DNA from: Azolla caroliniana
Lineage: Eukaryota > Plantae > Polypodiophyta
Direction: 5' to 3'
NCBI GenBank assembly: GCA_043228905.1
Contig: JBHGNT010000008.1
Span: forward strand, 21,142,001 to 21,206,000
DNA: 64,000 nucleotides
The position numbers and the translations under genes are program-made. Positions 1 through 12,800 of the stretch are shown piece after piece (the first letter of the stretch is position 1; each line of letters opens with the position of its first letter). A model generated the notes under the pieces. It was not told the origin of the DNA. It worked only from the letters and a program-made list of their open reading frames with translations, and searched no databases.

Positions 1-206
1 ACCTTGGTGCCTCAAATGTGGCTAAGCATGTGGTCGTGGACTTATGTTACCAAGCAATACATTACCCAACTTGCTCCTTGCTCCCATGTTGGGTAGTTGG
101 CGTTTGTGATGTTAGGTTTGGTTTCGAGTGCGTTGTTGATGTAGCTCCAATACCCTTGGTCTACTAGGTATTGGTTCATTTTGTACTCCCAAGATGAATA
201 ATTGTT
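1..206 (-). pseudogene. Copia gag fragment, host site of the Sola2-like insertion; continues at 16211-16431
   Basis: The reverse complement reads NYSSWEYKMNQYLVDQGYWSYIN..., collinear with the gag at 36440-36660. The preceding KLDR codons lie just right of 16210. Confidence 0.85.
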
Positions 207-231
207 GGGTGAAAGCATGCGAGTGGAAACA
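207..231 (+). repeat. Left TIR GGGTGAAAGCATGCGAGTGGAAACA
   Basis: Reverse complement of 16186-16210 with one mismatch. It is followed by a 13-bp-stem hairpin AATTAGCTATGTC-ctt-GACATAGCTAATT (231-259). Confidence 0.9.
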
Positions 232-304
232 ATTAGCTATGTCCTTGACATAGCTAATTTGCTATGCAAAAAGCTACCAAGTTCAATACAAGCATCATCT
301 GCCA

Positions 305-1080
305 AGTTCACTCCTCCATTGTCGCCACTGTACACTCAGTTGCCGCAACTGTGAAGGTCGTATATTGCTGCCACTTTTCGATCCGACCGAGTTAACTCCT
401 TCTCCACTATCGCCATTCTACTCTCAGTTGTCATCACTGTGCGTTCCAAGCATCATTTACTACAGTTCGATCTGACAGAGTTCACTCCTCCATTGGCATC
501 ATTCTACACTCAGTTGTTGCTACTATTCGGTGACCGGTCCTGGATTGCTACCGCTTTTCGATTTGACGGAGTTCAGACATCCATTGCCATCATTCTACAC
601 TTAGTTCCCGCTACTGTTCGGTCGTGTATTGCTGCCACTTTTCGATCTGAGGGAGTTCACTCCTTCTCCACTGCCGCCATTGTACTCTTAGTTGTCATCA
701 CTATGCGTTCCAAGCATCATCCACAACTGTTCGATTTGACGGAGTTCACTCATCCATTGCCATCATTCTACACTTAGTTGCCGCTACTGTTCGGTGGTGT
801 ATTGCTGCCATTTTTCGATCCGAAGGAGTTCACTCCTTCTCCACTACTGCCATTCTACTCTCAATTGTCATCACTGTGCGTTCCAAGCACCATTTGTCAC
901 TGTTCAATCCGACAGAATTCACTCCTCCATTGCCATCCTTCTACACTCAGTTGCCGCCATTGTTCGGTCCTGGATTGTCAAAAATGTTCGATCAAATGGA
1001 GTTCACTCCTCCACTACCGCCATTCTACACTCAGTTGCCGCCACTATTCGGCCCTAGATTACTGCCATTGTTCGGTCTTG
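305..1080. repeat. Subterminal minisatellite, about 85-90-bp unit, about 9 degenerate copies
   Basis: The unit GAGTTCACTCCTCCATTGCCATC..CTACACTCAGTTGCCG recurs and produces the repetitive EFTPPLPSFYTQL ORFs. Confidence 0.85.
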
Positions 1081-1234
1081 GATTTGAATAACTATTCTGT
1101 CTATTGATTATCTTGTGTATTGTTCTGTATAATCTTGTGTATTGCGGAATATTTTTGTGTATAGTTGTTGCCCATAGCCATCTTTAATACGTATCTTTTT
1201 TTCAGGAAAATTAGGGTTAAATCCGTCAAGCCAA

Positions 1235-4200
1235 ATGGAAGGGGAAGGAGGGTGTTTAGAATTACCCCTCAATAATCATCAGGATAGGGATGACGCTATC
1301 AGGACACAACAAGCGATACAAAAGTATTGGGCAGAAAAAAAAAAAAAACATTGTCAATTGTTGAAGGATACGAAAGCCACACTCACTAAAGGTAAAGATA
1401 GTATTGGTTGGGATATAGGTCTAAATATCACTGAGAATGGAAGTAATGAGACTACTATCATAGAGAGAAAGGTTGTAGACTATTTCAATGTTCAAACCAA
1501 GCACATCAGCAATGAAGACAAGAAGGTAGTACTTTATGGAATATTAAATTATTCATCGATAAAGGAGTTAGTTGATTGTGATGGTCTTAATGCAAACATA
1601 ACATCTATACTAGTAAATAATCTCCGTAATAGTTTCATATCCATGAGCAGGTCAGAAGATGATCTTGTCTTAAAAAGGTCTAGTCTAATGATGTTACTTA
1701 ATAGTGATGTTGACGATATTAACATCAGTGTGCTATCTAAGGTAATTGGTGTTAGTAGAAAAAGTGTGTGCAATACATTGAACCGAATAGTTTCCTCGGG
1801 TGAAGGAACTAGTCTACTAAAGCTAACAACAAGATGTAAGCCAATGACACCCATAACATCAAAAATCAAGGATATAATCACAATATTTTGGACGAATGAG
1901 ACTAGGGTATCACCCAATAAGAAGGATTTATGCAGGAAACGTGTTGGAAGGAGTCAATACGAGGAGCATCCCATTCATCTTCTTGATGTACCTCAAGTAT
2001 TTACATTTATCTCAACATTTCTTTTGACTTTTGAGCTTAGTTAGTTAGCTTATCAGCTACCTCTGAATATGACCATAACCGAATAGTTAATTACCTACCT
2101 CAGAATATGCCCACAGCGAACTAGCTACCAGCAATAGCTAATTAGCGGAGTATGGTAGTAGCTAATTAGCTACCAAAATAGCTAATTAGCTCCCTAAGTA
2201 TATCAAAATAGCTGATTAGTGGAGTATGGTAGTAGCTAATTAGCTACCATTTAGCTAATTAGCTATTGCACTAAACTATATTAGTAACTAATTAGCTACC
2301 ACTTCATTAATTAGCTATTGTATTAAACTATGCTAGTAGCTAATTACGTACCACTCAGCTAATTACCTATTGTATTAAACTATGCTAGTAGCTAATTACC
2401 TACCACTTAGCTAATTAGCTACTATACTAAACTATTTAGCTACCATTTAGCTAATGTATTAAACTATGGTAGTAGTTAATTAGCTACCACTTAGCTAATT
2501 AGCTACTAGACTGAACTATGGTAGTAGCCAATTAGCTACCACTTAGCTAATTGGCTATTGTAATAAACTATGGTAGTAGCTAATTAGCTAATCAACTAAA
2601 GTATGGTAGTAGCTAATTAGCTACCACTTAGCTAATTAGCTACTCAGCTAAAGTTTGATAGTAGCTAATTAGCTACCACTTAACTAATTAGCTACTATAC
2701 TAAACTATGGTAGTAGCTAATTAGCTACCACTTAGCCATAGAGCTAATCAATATGTCCATTTTATTATGCATGTCGATTTATTTATTAGGTTCAGGCGAA
2801 TGCATCCAAATATCAAAGTTCAACTACGAACATTCGAATCTCTTAAGCCACACTTTGTGAGACACTTGAAGGATCGATACACATGTTGTTGCATTTACCA
2901 TGTACAAATGGGTTTTCTGAAGGACTCTGTTAATCTACTACGTCACCATAGCGCCTCCCTAACAAATGCAGTTTGCACTTGTGTGTGCCCAATTTGTCGA
3001 TCGAGCCCGCATGAGCACTGTAAATCATCTGAGCATGTTATCTCTTCCATGAGTTGTCTTTTAGATTCAGTATTGTGTTTGATAGAAATTGAGGCCATCT
3101 TCCACAGTCATAAATGTGTCATGGGTTTATGTCAAGCTTGTGGCCCTAGTCGATTTAGTTGGTGTCCAAATGAATTGAGTAGTGAAATACTAATCTCTGT
3201 CAAGTTATTTGAGTCAGTTGACACCAATTTCGAAGGAAACGTGTGTTAAAGAAAGGATCTAGTTAGGAAGTCGCTTAAACCAAGGGATTTGGCGTCTCTA
3301 TTTGTAGTATCTCTAGGAAAGTTCATTAAACACAACTTCATTTATTCATGGCAAGCCCATCAGTTTAAGATTTGCATATTTGATTTTCCAAATGACGTAG
3401 TAGTCTCAGTAGTAGATTTCGTAGAGAATTATACTTTCAAGCAGCAGAATGAAATTCAATCTATGCATTAGTGTACAGTGCAGGTAACCATTTTTGTGCA
3501 CATAACATATTTTCGAGTTTCAGGTGATGTTAAAAAAGTAATTCATTTTTTTATTTCTGATGATAAGAAGCATAACACCTTGTTCGTCCAACATTGTTTT
3601 AACTTACATTGGCAATGGTTATTTGCTAAACTTTTGGAGCTTACTCAACATTGGGTCTGGTCTGATGGAGCTGCGTCACAATTCAAGGCTAGATGTCCAT
3701 TTAATTTTGTGGGGAAGTATCCTACTGTAACAGGTTTGGAGATGAGATGGAATTTTTTTGGGTCTGGCATATGGTAAAGATGAACATGATGGTGCAGGTG
3801 TTGTTATAAAGCGGGCACTTACCCATGAGCAACTAAAGGCATATGGTGTGCAGATGAATTGTGCAGCACATGTAGTTGAATTTTTAGGAGCTAATATGTC
3901 AACGAGTGCAACTGGTGTTTATTCCTCGCAGGTCCGAGATATCAAATGTAAATTTTGGGAAGTGAAGATAGATGAAGTAAATAGGGAGAAGACCTGGGAG
4001 TGCCAAGGAATTCCCGAATTGCGATCTCTCCATGTTGTTCGCGGTTATTCTAGGTTCTATGGTGATTGTATTGTGGTTAGAGAATTAACTTGTTTTTGCT
4101 TCCATTGTGTGCAGGGAAATTGGAGGTATTGTTTAAACAAAGCATATATTCAGAATTGGGAGTATCATACATTGAACGATAAGAAAGCAGTTGATGGGGA

Positions 4201-4612
4201 AACAGAAAAGAATCTTGAGTTCGCATATCAAGGACGTGGAGATACTCTGAGTGATGTCTTAAATGTTGGGGATAATTTTGTTGTAAATGCAAAAGAAGGC
4301 AATTCAAAGGGTGTTGATTTCTATAAATTGAAGTGCACGGTTAGTAAACAATGTGCAATGCAGAATATATTAGATTCTTGGGGAAATGTTGTATCTACTA
4401 GGAAATTCTACATCGAAGGTATTTTTTATGCAAGACTATATGATTACAATTATGTGTATAGACTATTAGAAGACAAACCAGTGGTGTACATGTACTCTCA
4501 TTTGGTCAGGTGCATTAATGTCCCAATGTCGCAATACAATAGCTGCTCAGGTTTATACATAGTTAGTGCTAATGTGTATGAAAGTATTTACAACATGCCA
4601 TGGAATTTGTAG
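1235..4612 (+). pseudogene. Sola2-like DDD transposase, spliced and degenerate
   Basis: Exon 1235-~1996 ends HLLDVPQ|gt and coding resumes at ~2773. Motifs: TCCCIYH, VVDFVENY, WSDGAASQFK, GKDEHDGAG, CFCFHC. In-frame stops at 3247 and 3469 and a frameshift near 3770. Confidence 0.8.
2040..2750. repeat. Intronic array of the 14-bp palindrome TAGCTAATTAGCTA
   Basis: Many copies alternate with the spacers CCACT and (C/T)TGTACTAAACTATGGTAG, between two transposase coding blocks. Confidence 0.95.
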
Positions 4613-4926
4613 CTATTCGAAGCAATTACCAGTTTAATGGACCTGTTTGGGAGGTTTTTTTTTCATATATAGTCAACTTTTTGTGCTTCTTCTATCAGTC
4701 TTCTATCTGATATACAATTTAATAATATCGTTTAGGGTTCTTCTTTCTGAGATACAGATTTACTGAAGTGAACCATGTACAAGTTAAAATAGTTTGAATA
4801 ATTTTAAGAAAAAGCACTATCATGAAATCAACAATCCTGAACATACTCTTAAAATTACACAGTAGATAAGTTACTCAAAACAAGCAATTTAATTCTTCAT
4901 TGATTAACTGGTAGCAAATTACATAT

Positions 4927-5440
4927 TTATAACATCCCATTGCCAATGTCTTCAAATCGTCTATAAACAGCTAAGCTCTTGTTGGTCAGTGGAACTTCTC
5001 TACATATATGATCTGCATATCGCGCATGGTATGGAGTCCACAACCATGTAGCTAGTTGGAAGCTCAATGTTTTCACCAAATAGTGTTCAGGCATTTCATT
5101 GGGTAGAATGAGACAACATTTGCGAATGTTGAAGTAATGTGGAAAATGTTCTGTATCCAGAATCAACGTATTGTCGACATTATAATCTTGCCAAGTGTCC
5201 CAAAAATCAGAAAGTCTTTTGAATCTTGCAACATCATTCTGCTCACAATTCTCTCGTGTCCACTTCAGGAAGAATCTTTCTACATAGTTCCACACATCTG
5301 TACGTGGTTTTTCGCTCCAAATAAATAAATCAAAATATTACACAACCCACTCCAGAAATTGATTTGCATCCGTCCTTGGTGTCATATATCGCACACTCAT
5401 CAGGACTTTATCAAGCTCCAAGATCAAGGCTCTTCTTTCG
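4927..5440 (-). pseudogene. FCP1/SCP-like (NLI-interacting factor) phosphatase domain with the catalytic motif altered
   Basis: RRALILELDKVL...PRTDANQFLEWVV*YFDLFIWS...LKWTRENC...FKRLSDFW...YNVDNTLILD follows the NIF motif order; DxDxT/V appears as ELDKV. Confidence 0.7.
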
Positions 5441-6664
5441 ACTTCTAATGGTTTAGGTTTCCATTCCTATAACTGAGCCTCTGTTACACCAATTACTGGT
5501 AACACACGATCAAGGTCAATCAACTCAGGTTCTGTCGGCACAATTGGTGTCCTTTTCCTCTTCAAACCCCTGGTCGACTGTGTTGGGCCTGGCTTCACAT
5601 TCTGGTGCTCTTGTGTTGTTGACTTAGTCATTGGCTCCCTGCATGTAAATACTGATCTTGTCGATATCAGCCCACTGGTATCACATGTTGCCTCTATCTG
5701 CAAAATCAAATCATCTATGCAACATGCTTGATCAACTTGCGTAACCAAATCATTTGTGTCAGTTGCTACATCTACTTTCAAGATGTGGCCCTCTAAACAC
5801 GCAGCAACATCAACAATTTCCACACTGCCATCGGCCTTAGGAGCAATAGATTCAAACCCTTTAGACTCTGCAACATCAAAAAACACCAACATATTCACAC
5901 TCACAAAGTAACTAACAGTCTCACAAAACAACATAATGAACATGAAATATTTTCCATCATAAAAACATGAACATAATTATCTTGGAGAAACATCATAGAG
6001 TTCCATTACATAATGTGGATCAAGCAACAACCAATTTGAGGTTTTACTTGTCCAAATCGATCATTGTAAAACATCATAAAACCCTAGAAAAATCGCCAAA
6101 AATCATAGATTCCCACTAATAAGTATTTCGCTCCAATTCCAAAGCCCCTTCACCGAGTAACTGGTCTTGTCCCCGATTGTGGCCCCTTCTTCACCCTTTT
6201 TCTAGTCGGTTGCCCATTTAGCCTTGCTTCTTTGACCCATTGCCCAAGTGTGTCCTCTTCCGACAACCTTTCCATCACCTGAGCAACGGCTTGCAGGTCA
6301 GCCACGTCTTGCACTAGCTTTTCCAGTACAATTGGATCTGTTTGGACATTATCAGTAGTTGGGCTCAGTGGGGTGGAATCAAGGTTTTGGGATTCAAAGA
6401 AATGATGCATCAAGTGTTCAAAAACACAATTGTTGTGAACCTCAGATTTACATGTTGTTTCCAATATTTCATGGCCTTTCACATCGTTGCCTAATTCATT
6501 ACCATCTTCCAAAAGTATAAGGTGGAGCTGATCTGAAGGAGATGTGATAACATGACTCTTACTTTCAGCCACATTGGCAACTATCTCCTCATCGGTTGTA
6601 GCGTCATCAATACCAGACAGGTCATGTGCCCTCCTTAATCCACAAGATTCTACAACAACATGGT

Positions 6665-7140
6665 CGCTAATTAGCTACTTCGCTTAGGTATCGTAGTAGC
6701 TAATTAGCTACTACCATAGTTTATAGTAGTAGCTAATTAGCTACCACTTAGCTAATTAGTTACTATACTATACTATGGTAGTAGCTAATTAGCTACCACG
6801 TAGCTAATTAGCTACTGTACTAGACTATGGTAGTAGCTAATTAGCTACCACTTAGCTAATTAGGTATTGTACTAAACTATGGTAGTAGCTAATTAGCTAC
6901 CACTCAGCTACTTAGCTACTCAGCTAAAGTATGGTAGTCGCTAATTAGCTACCACTTAGCTAATTAGCTATTGTACTAAACTATGGTAGTAGCTAATTAG
7001 CTACCACTCAGCTAAAGTATGGTAGCCGCTAATTATCTACCACTTAGCTAATTAGCTATTGTACTAAACTATGGTAGTACCTAATTAGGTACCACTTAGC
7101 TAATTAGCTACTCAACTAAAGTATGGTATTAGTTAGTTAG
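6665..7140. repeat. TAGCTAATTAGCTA array, same orientation as the 2040-2750 array
   Basis: Units read TATGGTAG-TAGCTAATTAGCTA-CCACT. Confidence 0.95.
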
Positions 7141-7221
7141 CCACTCTCGATGATTACAATTTGGAAAAGCTACAAGTAAGTTAATGATTCTTGTTTCTTG
7201 TTGTTGTATCTTCCTCATTAA

Positions 7222-7593
7222 GGAATAATTAATCGGTAAATTTCTCGGCTGTGTTGAAGGAACAATACTCCCGTCAAGAACAGGTAATTAGCTGCCTTAA
7301 GAAGCGGCTACATTTTGCGGAGGGGATGGTAAGGAGCAGACAAGAATTGAACCTGAACATTCTTGCTCCCTTACCAAATGAAGGAGAACCATGAAATGAT
7401 ATATTGATTGTTCAAGCACGTTGTATCGCTTCTGGATTACATGTAGAGGAAAAATTTGCTACTCTGTTGGTTCACCTACAACCATGCCAACACACATACC
7501 ATATCATTTGTTTTCACTATGCCTGTCGGATTTCTACATTCTGTTTGGGGGATTGTAGTACAGCTCTCCTAGATGAGTGGAGAAAACACACAG
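7222..7593 (+). pseudogene. RING-H2-like exon nested antisense in the ORF2 intron
   Basis: ARCIASG...LQPCQHTYHIICF...STFCLGDC (C-x-H-x2-H-x2-C...C-x3-C), bounded by ag| at ~7221 and |gtaaaa at 7593. Confidence 0.5.
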
Positions 7594-7699
7594 GTAAAAT
7601 TGCTACTTGTGACCATAGTGTAGCTAATTAGTTCCATCTTTGCTAATTGGGTAAGTTGTATAAAGTGTGGAAACTATTTAGCTATCATGGTTGTAGTGT

Positions 7700-7960
7700 A
7701 GTAGCTAATTACCTAACATGTAGTTAATTAGCTAAGTGGTAGCTAATTAGCTACTACCATACTTTAGTTGAGTAGCTAATTAGCTACCACTTAGCTAATT
7801 AGCTACTATCATAGCTAACTGGAAGCTAATTAGCTACTACCATAGTTTAGTACAATAGCTAATTAGCTAAGCTACTACCATAGTTTAGTCCAATAGCTAA
7901 TTAGCTACCACGTAGCTAATTAGCTACTACCATAGTATAGTACAGTAGCTAATTAGCTAC
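7700..7960. repeat. TAGCTAATTAGCTA array in inverted orientation, split by the Copia; continues at 14113-14426
   Basis: Spacers read CTACCATAGTTTAGTACA, the reverse complement of those in the 6665-7140 array. Confidence 0.9.
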
Positions 7961-9404
7961 TGTAGAAAGAAACGTGTGGAAGCAAGTATGAAGACCGAAC
8001 AGAAGAGAGGAAACTCAGGTTTAATGGAGAGCTTGGGCTTACGCAGTATACGCGGGAGAGACAGAGAGAGAAACACAAAAATCTATATTCAACAATAATA
8101 CACAATCTCTATACATAAGACGTGCTCAGTGAGCACTTTTATACAAGTCCTAAAAGGACTGACCGAAGTACTGACAGTACTTCAATGCTCATCAAGAGCC
8201 CCTACACTAACTCCCAAATATATTCCTCACGGAATATCTTTCCTAACGACCTCCCGGTTTATGCACTCGGCCTAACCGATCGGTCCTAACCGATCCGATC
8301 CTCGGCTTCTTCAGCCGATCCGGCCGATGTTGAGTTTGTCTCTCAACACTCCCCCTCAAGCTCAACTTGAGGCTCTTCGGGATCTTCACAGCACCGGTTC
8401 CTCCTGGCTTCTCGCCTCGCTCGCGCTCCTCGACCTGTTCGACTCTGCCTGCTTCGACCCTTCCGGTCGACTTGTCTGCTCATGCGGCCCTTATCAGCTC
8501 TTCTACTGTTGCGGTGTTGACGCTTCTCCTGCTGCTTTTTCTTCCGCTTGGGCCTCGGTTGATTCAGCGTGTCTGAATCAAACATCTGAACCGACTCGAC
8601 TACCTCCGATCGGTCTTCGCTCTCGTCCGAGTTGGCTGTCTCCAACGTGTCTTCGGTCTTCTCGCCCTCGATGGCGTTATCTTCCCCATGCATGGTTGGC
8701 TTCGGCTCTCTCCTTTGGTTGCTCCCCTTTTGTCCGCTTCCGGACTTTTCCGCGGGTCCGCCCTTGGCTTCTTCAGCTGATCCGAAGTCACCCTTGGCTT
8801 CTTCAGCCGATCCGTCTTCAACCGAGTCAACAAACGAGTCAACCGACTTGGTGTCATGGTCACCGCTCCTTTCCTGCTGCCTTGCTTGGTCGTTCGGGAC
8901 TGTTCTCCCCCTCAAGTTCGGCACGTCGAGGTGACGCAACCCGAGCGCACCTGAGAATTGCCGCAACTTGTCCAGACCAAGAGGCTTTGTGAAGATGTCG
9001 GCAGTCTGCCGATCCGTCAGAACGTACTGAAGTTCGACTTCACTGGAAAGGACACGCTCATGGACGAAATGGTAGTGCACCTCAATGTGCTTGGTTCGTG
9101 CGCGGAAGACGGGGTTCTTCGCAAGTTGGATGCTGCTGAGGTTGTCGCAGTAGATCGTCGTTGGATCGGACACCTCCTCTTACAGGTCCTTAAGTAGCCG
9201 CTTCAACCATATGGCTTCGCCTGTCGCGACAGCCGCTCCTTCGTACTCCACTTCGGTGCTCGACAGTGCAACTGTCGGCTGCTTCTTACTGCTCCACGCG
9301 ATCGCGGCACTCCCGAGGGAGAACACGTATCCAGATGTGGATCGGCGATCGGCGACGTTGCCAGCCCAATTAGCATCGGTGTTGCCGACTAACTGTGCAG
9401 CTGC

Positions 9405-9848
9405 TGTCATGAACACATGACCATTATGGCGTCACCCGGACTTGAACCTCGAACCTTGTAATTCATACTTGAAAACCTCAACCATTAAGATAGCTTATTG
9501 TTATATGAAACAATAAAAGCTACTTCTTGTATTACATTGATTATTGTAAAAACTCTAGATTGTTCTAGAATGTTCTAGAATGTCCTAGAGCATTCTAGGT
9601 CTAGAACATTCTAGAACATTCTAGAAATCTCTAAGCTATTCTATAGGAACCTATAAATAAGCGCATACATGTATTCTCAAATCAATTCGAATCAACACCA
9701 CTCTTTAGCTCTCATTATATATCTTGTATCCATTCTCTTTCTTTCTCTATCTTATACATCCATTCTTCTCGTAGTATTTGGTTCCTTTCTTCTCGTGTTC
9801 TCTAATATCCTTCTTCCATCACTCTATCTTTTATCCTTGGTTCTGACA
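9405..9848 (+). mobile_element. Solo LTR (chromovirus-type family) inserted in the Copia RT/RNase H
   Basis: TGTCA...TGACA ends with a perfect 5-bp TSD GCTGC (9400-9404, 9849-9853) and a TATA box at ~9652. Same layout as the LTRs at 45790-46540. Confidence 0.9.
9560..9630 (+). promoter_or_regulatory. Heat-shock-element array upstream of the LTR TATA box
   Basis: GAAcaTTCtaGAAcaTTCtaGAA and TTCtaGAAtgTTCtaGAA match alternating nGAAn pentamers; CTATAAATA lies about 25 bp downstream. Confidence 0.7.
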
Positions 9849-12800
9849 GCTGCACCGGTCCGATATAGCAGTCCGCGGTCCGTAGTGCCGCTTACATACC
9901 GAAGTATGCGTTGCGCACACTGAAGGTGCTCCTCGGTAGGTCGCGCCATGAACTGACTGATCACCCCGACCGGATAACTGAGGTCGGGTCGGGTGATGGT
10001 CAAGTATATGAGGCTTCCGACAATTTGCCGGAACCTCGTCGGGTCGCATACCTTTCCCGTATCGGGATGAAGCTTCACGGTTCTATCTAGAGGAGTCGAG
10101 ACGGACTTCCAATCGGCCATCCCGAATTTGAAGAGCATACTCAGCATGTAGTGATGTTGGCTGATCAATATGCCTTCGGGGTTACGGATCACTTCGATCC
10201 CGAGGAAGTAATGAAGGTCCCCCAGATCCTTCATGTCGAACGATGCCGCAAGTTGGAGCTTCACGCGGTTGATTTCACCTAGGTCGGCGCCGGTGATGAC
10301 CAAGTCATCAACATACAGTAAAATACTAACCGGTCCGAGTCGACCTTTCCGGATGAACAGGGAAGAGTTCGATTTTGACGTGAAGAAGCCCATCCGACGC
10401 AGTTGTTGCGTGATCTTCGTGTTCCAGGCACGCGGGGCTTGCTTCAGTCCGTAAAGGGACTTCTTCAGTCGGCATACTGCCGAGGAGTTCGTTCCAGAGT
10501 GAAATCCGGGGGGCTGTACCATGTACACCTGTTCCTCAAGGTCACCTTGCAGGAACGCATTCTTTACATCCATCTGATGTAAGTGCCACCCCTTGGCCGC
10601 AGCTACTGCGAGCAAAACACGGATGGTCGTCATTTTCGCGACCGGCGCAAACGTCTCATCGTAGTCGATGCCATGTTTCTGCGCGTAGCCCTTTGCCACC
10701 AGCCGAGCCTTGTACCGGTTGACCGAGCCATCGGTGTTGTACTTGACCTTGTACACCCACCTACACCCGATCGGTTTTACCCCTTTTGGTACGTCAACCA
10801 GGTCCCAGGTCTCGTTCTCCGCCAATGCGTGCATCTCTTCCTCCATCGCGGCGCGCCAATTCGCGTCCTTCGCCGCTTCTGCGTAGCTCTCCGGCTCACG
10901 CACTTCCGCTACACGGGTCATGTACGCATAATGATGCGTCATGTACTCGTTGTATCCGAACCGCACAACTGGGTTCTTCTAGCGTGTAAATCGGCGTAAT
11001 CTCACATTAGCCAATGGCGAGGCCTTCTCGGTCGACGCGGTCTTCACCTTTAAAGACCCGTCACTGGTTCCCTCGGAGTCGGACTCGCGTCGGTCTGACT
11101 CGTTCCTTTCCGTGCCGGAATCCGACACCTTCTTCTTCCCTTTCTCCTTGCGCGTAAGCCGTCTCCTCGGCTTCCTGCGCGGGGATTGCACGGCCGAGTC
11201 TCCACTACTCGCCGGCTCTTCATCAGACTGGTCGTACCGACTTAGTCGTCCAATTGGTCCACTTAACCGGAGTGAAATCAAACTCTCTTCGCAGGTCTCG
11301 ATTTCTGGCTCATCCGGAGGCATCTCAGCCTCGCTAACCTCATCGTCAGAACTCATATTGGAGTCGGGGTTCCGAGTCGATGGCAGGTACCAGGACGCGG
11401 ACTCGTCAACTACAACGTCGCGGCTGACACGCGCTTGTTTGGTGCAAGGGTTATAGCACTTATAACCCTTCTGCTCGTCCGAGTAACCCACCAAGATGCA
11501 CTTCTCGGCCTTTGCGTCCAGCTTCCTCCTTTTCTCCTTCGGTACATGCACATACGCAATGCTACCGAACACCCTCAAGTGTCGCAAGTTCAGCTTCATT
11601 CCGAAATATAGCTCGTGCGCCGACACTTTGTCTCCAATCTGGTTCTGGATGTATACCGCGGTCCTTACCGCCTCAGCCCAGTAGAACTTGGGCAAGCTCT
11701 TCTCCTCTAGCATTGCCCGTGCCGCTTCCACAACTGACCGATTCTTTCTCTCGGCCACGCCGTTCTGCTCTGGCGTGTATCTACAACTGAATTCGCGGTG
11801 AATTCCCATTTGTTGTAGGTAACCGTTGAATTGACCGGAAAAGTACTCTTTTCCGCCATCCGACCGCAGGCACTTGATCTTTCGTCCCGTTTCGGCTTCC
11901 ATGAACCCTTTGAGGTCCCGGAAACAGTCGAAGACTTCACTCTTCCTCTCAATGAGGTAGATCCACGTGTGTCGCGTGTGGTCGTCGATGAAGGAGACGA
12001 AATATCGGCTCCCGCCAAGACTAACGTTTTGTGTCGGCCCCCATACATCGGAGTGTATAAGGTCGAGCTTGTTCCGGCTCCGGTTTCGCTCATTGGGGAA
12101 GGGGAGTCGGTGTTGCTTCCCGAGCTGGCAGGCTTCACAAATTTGTGCCTTTCGGCCACTAAATTTGGGCAATCCGAACACTACCTGTTTCATTTGCAGA
12201 TCTTGAAGCTGCTGGTAGTTGACGTGGCCTATCCGCTTGCGCCACAAGTCGATGTCCGACTCGGTCTTTTGTCCCTTCGCGAACATTGCGGTGCCGCCGT
12301 CAGTGGAGTCGAGGATGAACATCCTCCCGTCTCTACGCCCTTGCGCAATCACACGGCCTTCTTCCTCAATGAAGCACCCGAGGTGTGTAAACCGAACCTC
12401 CATCCCTTGGTCGACGATCTGTCTGACCGAGACCAAGTTCTTCGTGATTGTCGGAACGTGCAGCAGGTTCTTGAGTTTCCCTTTCTGCCCGACATGGCTA
12501 AGGGGAACTTCTCTGACATTCGCGATCGGATGCGGAGTGTCGTCTCCTGTTGCGACTACTCCCGGTTGTATCGGTTTTTCAAGGTACGAGAACCACTCCT
12601 TATGGCTCGTCATGTGGTTTGACGCGCCGGAGTCTACGTACCACACCTCGTCTGATCTTGGGATGCTCTGTTTCATTGAGTTTGCTTCGTGTCTCGTCAC
12701 GAAGACAGACCCTTCTCCAGCTCTCCCGGAGTCCTTGGCGTAGTGCGATCACTGCCGATTTCCCTTGTCGGTATGCCTGGAGCCGTTCCCAGAACCAGTT

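Noticed and set aside
439-1107. Overlapping short ORFs with repeated EFTPPLPSFYTQL
   Set aside because: By-products of the minisatellite; the frame changes between units.
2040-2750. CRISPR-like repeat-spacer appearance of the palindrome arrays
   Set aside because: The spacers are two recurring short sequences rather than unique ones, there are no cas genes, and the context is a eukaryotic intron.
9424-9496. Functional tRNA gene
   Set aside because: The acceptor and anticodon stems do not pair convincingly and the segment lies inside an LTR, so it is reported only as tRNA-like.
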